Shown one piece after another: positions 58,873-64,000 of a DNA stretch of 64,000 nucleotides (within the stretch, counting starts at the first letter, position 1; each line of letters starts with the position of its first letter). The translations under genes were made by a program, and so were the position numbers. A model generated the notes under the pieces. That model saw only the letters and a program-made list of their open reading frames with translations, searched no databases and was not told the DNA's origin. Location: IMG/VR virus record IMGVR_UViG_2857251867_000002; one strand, given 5' to 3'. This DNA is from an uncultured virus (IMG/VR IMGVR_UViG_2857251867_000002). Taxonomy: Duplodnaviria > Heunggongvirae > Uroviricota > Caudoviricetes.

Positions 58873-60140
58873 TGACAGATAAACAATATTCAATCGATTT
58901 GCGCACTAATCATAGTTGGTTTGCGCGTCTGGCTTCCTTCTTTGTTGGGGGAAGACTTGTGACACCTGAACAAGGTTCACAATCAGGCGCTATCTCAGCG
59001 CAAGGCTCGCTTGGTGATTCTTCTGTAAATGATGAGCGAATACTACAAATATCCACGGTTTGGCGTTGTGTTAGCTTAATTTCGACGTTAACGGCTTGTT
59101 TGCCACTGGATGTGTTCGAAACGGATAAACAGGGAAATAGAACCAAAGTTGATTTAAGTAACCCATTGGCTCGATTACTGCGATATTCGCCCAATCAATA
59201 TATGACCGCTCAAGAATTCCGAGAGGCAATGACTATGCAGCTTTGCTTTTATGGTAATGCTTTCGCGTTGATTGAGCGAAATAAAGTGGGTGATGTGATT
59301 AGCTTGCTTCCTCTGTTGTCTGCCAATATGGATGTACGCATGGAGGGGAAGAATATTATCTATAAATATCAGCGTGATCATGAGTTTGCGAAATTTAAAC
59401 AACATGAAATTTTTCATTTAAAAGGGTTTGGTTTTAATGGGTTAGTCGGATTGTCGCCTATTGCTTATGCGTGTAAGACAGCAAGCACGGCCGTTGCGAT
59501 GGAAGATCAACAACGTGAGTTTTACGCTAATGGGGCTAAGTCTCCTAAAATTCTGACAACGGGCGATAAGGTATTGAATAAAGAGCAACGTAGCCAACTT
59601 GAAGAGAATTTCAAAGAAATTGCGGGTGGTCCCGTTAAAAAACGATTGTGGATCTTAGAAGGGGGATTTCAAGCACAAGATATTGGTGTTAGTCCTCAAG
59701 ATGCAGAAACAATGTCTTCCCGCAAATTTCAAGTCAGTGAATTAGCCCGTTTCTTTGGTGTTCCCCCGCATTTAGTCGGTGATGTTGAAAAATCAACAAG
59801 TTGGGGAACAGGTATTGAGCAACAAAACTTAGGTTTTCTTCAATATACCTTACAACCCTATATCTCCCGATGGGAAAACTGCATTGCACGTTGGCTTCTA
59901 AAACCCCCCGAAGTGAGAAAATACCATGCTGAACATAACCTTGATGGATTATTGCGAGGCGATTCTACTTCACGCGCCGCGTTTATGAAAGCGATGGGAG
60001 AATCGGGGCTAAGAACTATTAATGAAATGCGACGGCTCGATAATTATCCTCCTCTTGAAGGTGGAGATGTCGCTTACCGGCAAGCACAATATTTACCGAT
60101 TAACCAACTCAATAAAGAGCCTCACGAAAGTGGGGCTTAA
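58869..60140 (+). CDS. Portal protein (HK97 gp3-like)
   Basis: STVWRCVSLIS...ELARFFGVPP. Confidence 0.95.
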   Translation: MMTDKQYSIDLRTNHSWFARLASFFVGGRLVTPEQGSQSGAISAQGSLGDSSVNDERILQISTVWRCVSLISTLTACLPLDVFETDKQGNRTKVDLSNPLARLLRYSPNQYMTAQEFREAMTMQLCFYGNAFALIERNKVGDVISLLPLLSANMDVRMEGKNIIYKYQRDHEFAKFKQHEIFHLKGFGFNGLVGLSPIAYACKTASTAVAMEDQQREFYANGAKSPKILTTGDKVLNKEQRSQLEENFKEIAGGPVKKRLWILEGGFQAQDIGVSPQDAETMSSRKFQVSELARFFGVPPHLVGDVEKSTSWGTGIEQQNLGFLQYTLQPYISRWENCIARWLLKPPEVRKYHAEHNLDGLLRGDSTSRAAFMKAMGESGLRTINEMRRLDNYPPLEGGDVAYRQAQYLPINQLNKEPHESGA

Positions 60141-60157
60141 TTATTTATGGGGGTTCA

Positions 60158-60826
60158 ATGCCTGATATTAGAAAAACACTGAATTTTGATGAAGCGGAAA
60201 TCAAATTTACGGGTGATGGCACACAAGGCGTTTTCGAAGGTTATGCCTCTGTATTTAGTCATCAAGATTCAGATGGTGACATTATTTTACCCGGTGCGTT
60301 TAAGCATGTTTTAGATAAGCAAAAACAAAAAGTCGCTATGTTTTATAACCATCGAGTCTGGGAGCTTCCTGTGGGGAAATGGGAGTACATGGAGGAAGAT
60401 CAAAAGGGATTACGAGTGAGAGGACAACTGACACCCGGTCATAGTGCAGCTCAAGATCTAAAAGCGGCAATGAAGCATGGCACGGTTGACGGGCTTTCTA
60501 TCGGATTCGGGTGTCTGCGTAATGATTTTGAGCGAACACCTTCAGGCCGTATTTTTAAAAATATCTCCCTGTTACGTGAAATTAGTATTTGTACATTTCC
60601 CGCTAATGACCAAGCACAGGTTTCATCACTCAAGAGCATCGATGGGTTATTAACGATCCGAGATATTGAGGATTGGCTGAGAGAGTCAGCCGGTTTATCA
60701 AAATCAGAAGCAGTCGGTTTTATTTCCCGCTTCAAATCCGCTATTCGGAGTGAGTCCGATGACACTCAACAATCCCTAGTCGCATCCATTGTTAACCAAA
60801 TTAATGCATTTAATCTGAAAGGATAG
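60158..60826 (+). CDS. HK97 gp4-like prohead protease
   Basis: FEGYASVF, GLSIGF and EISICTFPAN. Confidence 0.93.
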   Translation: MPDIRKTLNFDEAEIKFTGDGTQGVFEGYASVFSHQDSDGDIILPGAFKHVLDKQKQKVAMFYNHRVWELPVGKWEYMEEDQKGLRVRGQLTPGHSAAQDLKAAMKHGTVDGLSIGFGCLRNDFERTPSGRIFKNISLLREISICTFPANDQAQVSSLKSIDGLLTIRDIEDWLRESAGLSKSEAVGFISRFKSAIRSESDDTQQSLVASIVNQINAFNLKG

Positions 60827-60829
60827 AAT

Positions 60830-61996
60830 ATGTCTGACTTAGCTATTATCCAAGAAGCCATCGAAGGATCACAAAAAAAGGTGCAAGAGCTCTTCGATGC
60901 ACAGAAGAAAGAAATTGAAGCTACTGGCGCAGTTTCAAAGCAATTACAAACAGATTTAGTCTTAGTTCAAGAGGAATTAAAAAAAGCCGGTGAACGTCTG
61001 TTTGATTTAGAGCAGAAAGGGGCAACGAGCGCTGATGATCCTAATGTGAAAAAAGATTTTTCTGAGCGAGCAGCAGAAGCGCTGACAAAATCATGGAATG
61101 GGAGTCAGGCTTCTTATGAAGTGAAAACTTTTAATAAATCATTAGGCAGTGATGCGAGTTCAGCCGGTGTTCTCATTCAGCCGATGCAAGTACCGGGTAT
61201 TATTATGCCGGGTATGCGTCGTTTAGTTATCCGCGATTTATTAGCACAAGGTCGTATTTCCAGTAACTCACTGGAATATGTACGCGAAAAATTGTTTACC
61301 AATAGCGCGGCACCTGTGAAAGAAAAGGCACAAAAACCAGAATCTAATCTGACGTTTGAAAAACAAACGGCAAATGTGATCACTATTGCTCATTGGATCC
61401 AAGCGTCTCGCCAAGTGATGGATGATGCTGTGCAGTTACAGTCTTACGTTAATAATCGCTTATTGTATGGCTTAGCATTAGTGGAAGAGGAGCAATTACT
61501 CAATGGTGACGGTACTGCGGATAATTTGACAGGAATTAACCATGTTGCCACTGCCTATGATACCACATTGAGTGCTACGGGCGACACGCATGCTGACCTG
61601 ATTGCTCATGCCATTTATCAGGTGACAGAATCTGAATTTAGCGCCTCTGGTATTATTTTAAATCCTCGTGATTGGCATGCCATTGCGTTAATGAAAGACA
61701 AAGAAGGGCGTTATATTTTTGGGGGCCCACAAGCGTTTACTTCAAATGTAATGTGGGGATTACCTGCTGTTCCAACGAAAGCACAAAAACAAGGTGAGTT
61801 TACTGTTGGTGCATTTGATTTGGCGTCTCAAGTATGGGATCGAATGAATGCGGTTATCGAAGTGAGTCGAGAAGATCGTGATAATTTCGTGAAGAATATG
61901 CTGACCATTTTGTGTGAAGAACGTTTAGCCTTAGCCCATTATCGCCCTCAAGCCTTAATTAAAGGAACTTTCCCAACGTCTGGAAGAAGTGCTTAA
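60830..61996 (+). CDS. Major capsid protein, close to HK97 gp5
   Basis: TFNKSLGSDA..AG.LIQPMQ.PGIIMPG; RDNFVKNMLTILCEERLAL. Confidence 0.95.
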   Translation: MSDLAIIQEAIEGSQKKVQELFDAQKKEIEATGAVSKQLQTDLVLVQEELKKAGERLFDLEQKGATSADDPNVKKDFSERAAEALTKSWNGSQASYEVKTFNKSLGSDASSAGVLIQPMQVPGIIMPGMRRLVIRDLLAQGRISSNSLEYVREKLFTNSAAPVKEKAQKPESNLTFEKQTANVITIAHWIQASRQVMDDAVQLQSYVNNRLLYGLALVEEEQLLNGDGTADNLTGINHVATAYDTTLSATGDTHADLIAHAIYQVTESEFSASGIILNPRDWHAIALMKDKEGRYIFGGPQAFTSNVMWGLPAVPTKAQKQGEFTVGAFDLASQVWDRMNAVIEVSREDRDNFVKNMLTILCEERLALAHYRPQALIKGTFPTSGRSA

Positions 61997-62034
61997 GTAA
62001 TAGGTCGGGGTAGGTAACTATCCCGTATTACATC

Positions 62035-62334
62035 ATGAATATCTTAGATGTCATTCCTCTTTCTTTATTAAAACAGCATCTCGAATACAGCGGTGATGAT
62101 CGTGATGAGCAGATTATATTTTATGCTCAAAGCGCATTAAATTATTGTTTGAGATGGTGTGATGAACCCACATGGAAATCACCTGATGATATCCCTTATG
62201 AAGTGAAATCCGCCATGCTTTTGGTGCTGGGGGATATGTTTGAACATCGAACTAGTCAAAGTGAAATTCCGTTATATGAAAATAAAGCAGTAGAACGATT
62301 GTTACTGCTTTGTCGAAATTGGCGAGGTAGTTAA
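62035..62334 (+). CDS. Head-tail connector (gp6-like)
   Basis: AMLLVLGDMFEHR. Confidence 0.88.
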   Translation: MNILDVIPLSLLKQHLEYSGDDRDEQIIFYAQSALNYCLRWCDEPTWKSPDDIPYEVKSAMLLVLGDMFEHRTSQSEIPLYENKAVERLLLLCRNWRGS

Positions 62335-62663
62335 TGGATCCGGGACGATTACGCCACACCATTAATATTCAAAAATCAGTATTAGCGCCCGATGCCATCA
62401 GTGGCAGTGATGTGATTTGGACGGATCATGCGACGAAAGTACGTGCAGCGATCATGCCTTATCAAGGACGGGAATATTTTCAAGCCCAGCAAGTACAAAG
62501 CGAGGCCACAACGCGAATTCTTATTCGCTATATCGCTGATATTGATACTTCGATGCGTATTGTATGGGGTAAGCGAATATTTAATATTATTTCGATTATT
62601 GACCCTTATGAGCGCCATCGTGAGCTTCAATTAATGTGCAAAGAGGGCGTGAATAATGGGTGA
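62334..62663 (+). CDS. Head closure protein
   Basis: MDPGRLRH N-terminus. Confidence 0.88.
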   Translation: MDPGRLRHTINIQKSVLAPDAISGSDVIWTDHATKVRAAIMPYQGREYFQAQQVQSEATTRILIRYIADIDTSMRIVWGKRIFNIISIIDPYERHRELQLMCKEGVNNG

Positions 62664-63126
62664 GATTAAAATCAGTGGACTGTCTGAACTTGCTCAACGA
62701 ATGCAAGACATTGCCCGTAAAACCAGAAATCAAAGTGCGCGTAAGGCGATGAATGCAGGTGCTTCGGCGTTAAAAGAAGAAATCAAACATCGAGTGCCTA
62801 TCCTTAAGGAAACGGTACCCCATCGACGCAAAGGCACCATCAAGCGCAATATTCGTTCTAAAACGAAAGTGCAGCGCAATGGACAAGTCAAAACGCGCAT
62901 TTGGGTGAAATCATTATCGGGTAAAAAGGTGTCTGCCTTTAAACAAGCAACGGGAAAAAGTGCAGCATTGAACCCGAATGATCCGTTTTATTGGTGGTTT
63001 GTCGAATTTGGTACCGCCAAGATGCCCGCACAACCGTTTATGCGCCCCAGCTTTGAAGCGAAAAAGGAAGCGACGGCTAAAGTGATAGTTCAAATACTCA
63101 AAGAGGACATTGAAAAAGCAAGGTAG
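62656..63126 (+). CDS. HK97 gp10-like protein
   Basis: FYWWFVEFGTAKMPAQPFMRP. Confidence 0.88.
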   Translation: MGEIKISGLSELAQRMQDIARKTRNQSARKAMNAGASALKEEIKHRVPILKETVPHRRKGTIKRNIRSKTKVQRNGQVKTRIWVKSLSGKKVSAFKQATGKSAALNPNDPFYWWFVEFGTAKMPAQPFMRPSFEAKKEATAKVIVQILKEDIEKAR

Positions 63127-63131
63127 AGATC

Positions 63132-63473
63132 ATGATACAGCAATTAAAAGAGACCCTTTCACCGCTTGTCGATGGAAGGGTTTTTTTTCAGGTATTACCT
63201 GAAGGCAAAGGGCATTATCCCGCCATAGTGATCCAGTTTGCCAGCATCACGCCTAACAGTGCGCTGGAGGATATGGATTTAGATAACTATCGCGTGCAAC
63301 TTGATGTGTATGCGCCACAGCCACAGCCCCTGATGGTCTTGCGTAAAAAAATCGAGGCTCAGATTGTTGCGACAATCCCATTTGCACAACGGGGGAATGC
63401 AGTCTTTGGGTATGAAGCGGATGTCAAATTGCATCGGCTTGTTCTTGAATTAATGATTTCATCAGATAAATAA
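63132..63473 (+). CDS. Tail terminator-like protein
   Basis: RVQLDVYA; synteny. Confidence 0.8.
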   Translation: MIQQLKETLSPLVDGRVFFQVLPEGKGHYPAIVIQFASITPNSALEDMDLDNYRVQLDVYAPQPQPLMVLRKKIEAQIVATIPFAQRGNAVFGYEADVKLHRLVLELMISSDK

Positions 63474-63482
63474 GGAATGGAT

Positions 63483-64000
63483 ATGGCAAAGTCAAAAAAT
63501 CATAAAGCGACGCCTTTCCTCGGCACGAAGATCTTTGTGCAAACCGGCTTAGGAGAGGCGATGACCGTGACGGAAGCCACGTTATCACCGGCAACTATTA
63601 CCATCGCCAATAATAAGCTGAAAGCCGATGACATGATTATGTTATCGGGACTCGGGGAGTTAGATGGGCGTTTTCCTGTTGCACAGGTTGATGGCAACAA
63701 AGTGACCCTGTGCGACGAAGTGGATTGGAGTGATAAAACGCTACCCACTGATTTTTCAAGCGCTAAGGCACAACGTATTCAATGGTCTAATAACTTTTGT
63801 GCGGTAAAAAGTTTCAGCAAAGACGGTTCGACAACCGAACAAATTGATGTCACTACCATTTGCAGTGATGGCAAGGAATATGAATCTGGCGATACGGAAT
63901 ACGGCTCAATTAAATTGACCTTTTTCTTACGGTATAGCTCCAGTGAGGTGCAGCGACTCTTGCGTAAATATGAAAACAGCAAAGAAAAATTTGCGGTGAA
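63483..64000 (+). CDS. Major tail tube protein (partial)
   Basis: Open frame MAKSKNHKATPFLGTK...EQIDVTTICS runs off the window end. Confidence 0.8.
   Translation, partial: MAKSKNHKATPFLGTKIFVQTGLGEAMTVTEATLSPATITIANNKLKADDMIMLSGLGELDGRFPVAQVDGNKVTLCDEVDWSDKTLPTDFSSAKAQRIQWSNNFCAVKSFSKDGSTTEQIDVTTICSDGKEYESGDTEYGSIKLTFFLRYSSSEVQRLLRKYENSKEKFAV

Larger units (their letters stand above)
40496..64000. mobile_element. Prophage 2, lambdoid/HK97-like, truncated by window end
   Basis: int-xis-cI-cro-rep-Q-cargo-lysis-head-tail order. Confidence 0.95.

Noticed and set aside
1..64000. tRNA, rRNA or IS elements
   Set aside because: No cloverleaf/T-arm signature, rRNA sequence or transposase was recognised by eye; tRNAscan-SE and ISfinder were not run.

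Overview
Low-GC enterobacterial DNA (Proteus/Morganellaceae-like by inference) made up almost entirely of two tandem lambdoid, HK97-like prophages. Prophage 1 (1 to ~40,500) appears near-complete: int/xis, left arm, cI/cro, replication, Q, holin/SAR-endolysin lysis, head, siphovirus tail and tail fibre. A duplicated icd 3' end (40331-40495) marks the junction. Prophage 2 (~40,500 to beyond the window end) has a related integrase, different repressor and operators, a very short left arm, and a large accessory region between Q and lysis. That region holds csp, a ymcF-like gene, hsp20, a P-loop kinase, a TIR/SEFIR protein, a Fur-boxed RyhB-like sRNA and an ORF-free array of five further minus-strand terminator units that look like sRNA genes. 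A second unexplained signal is a recurring hairpin with variable stems and a conserved T(G/A)TACGG loop, usually followed by GTG(G/A)AGAG. It lies just before xis, Q and the post-cII ORF in both prophages, and before the antirepressor in prophage 1. All product calls are by motif recognition and synteny; no database searches were run.
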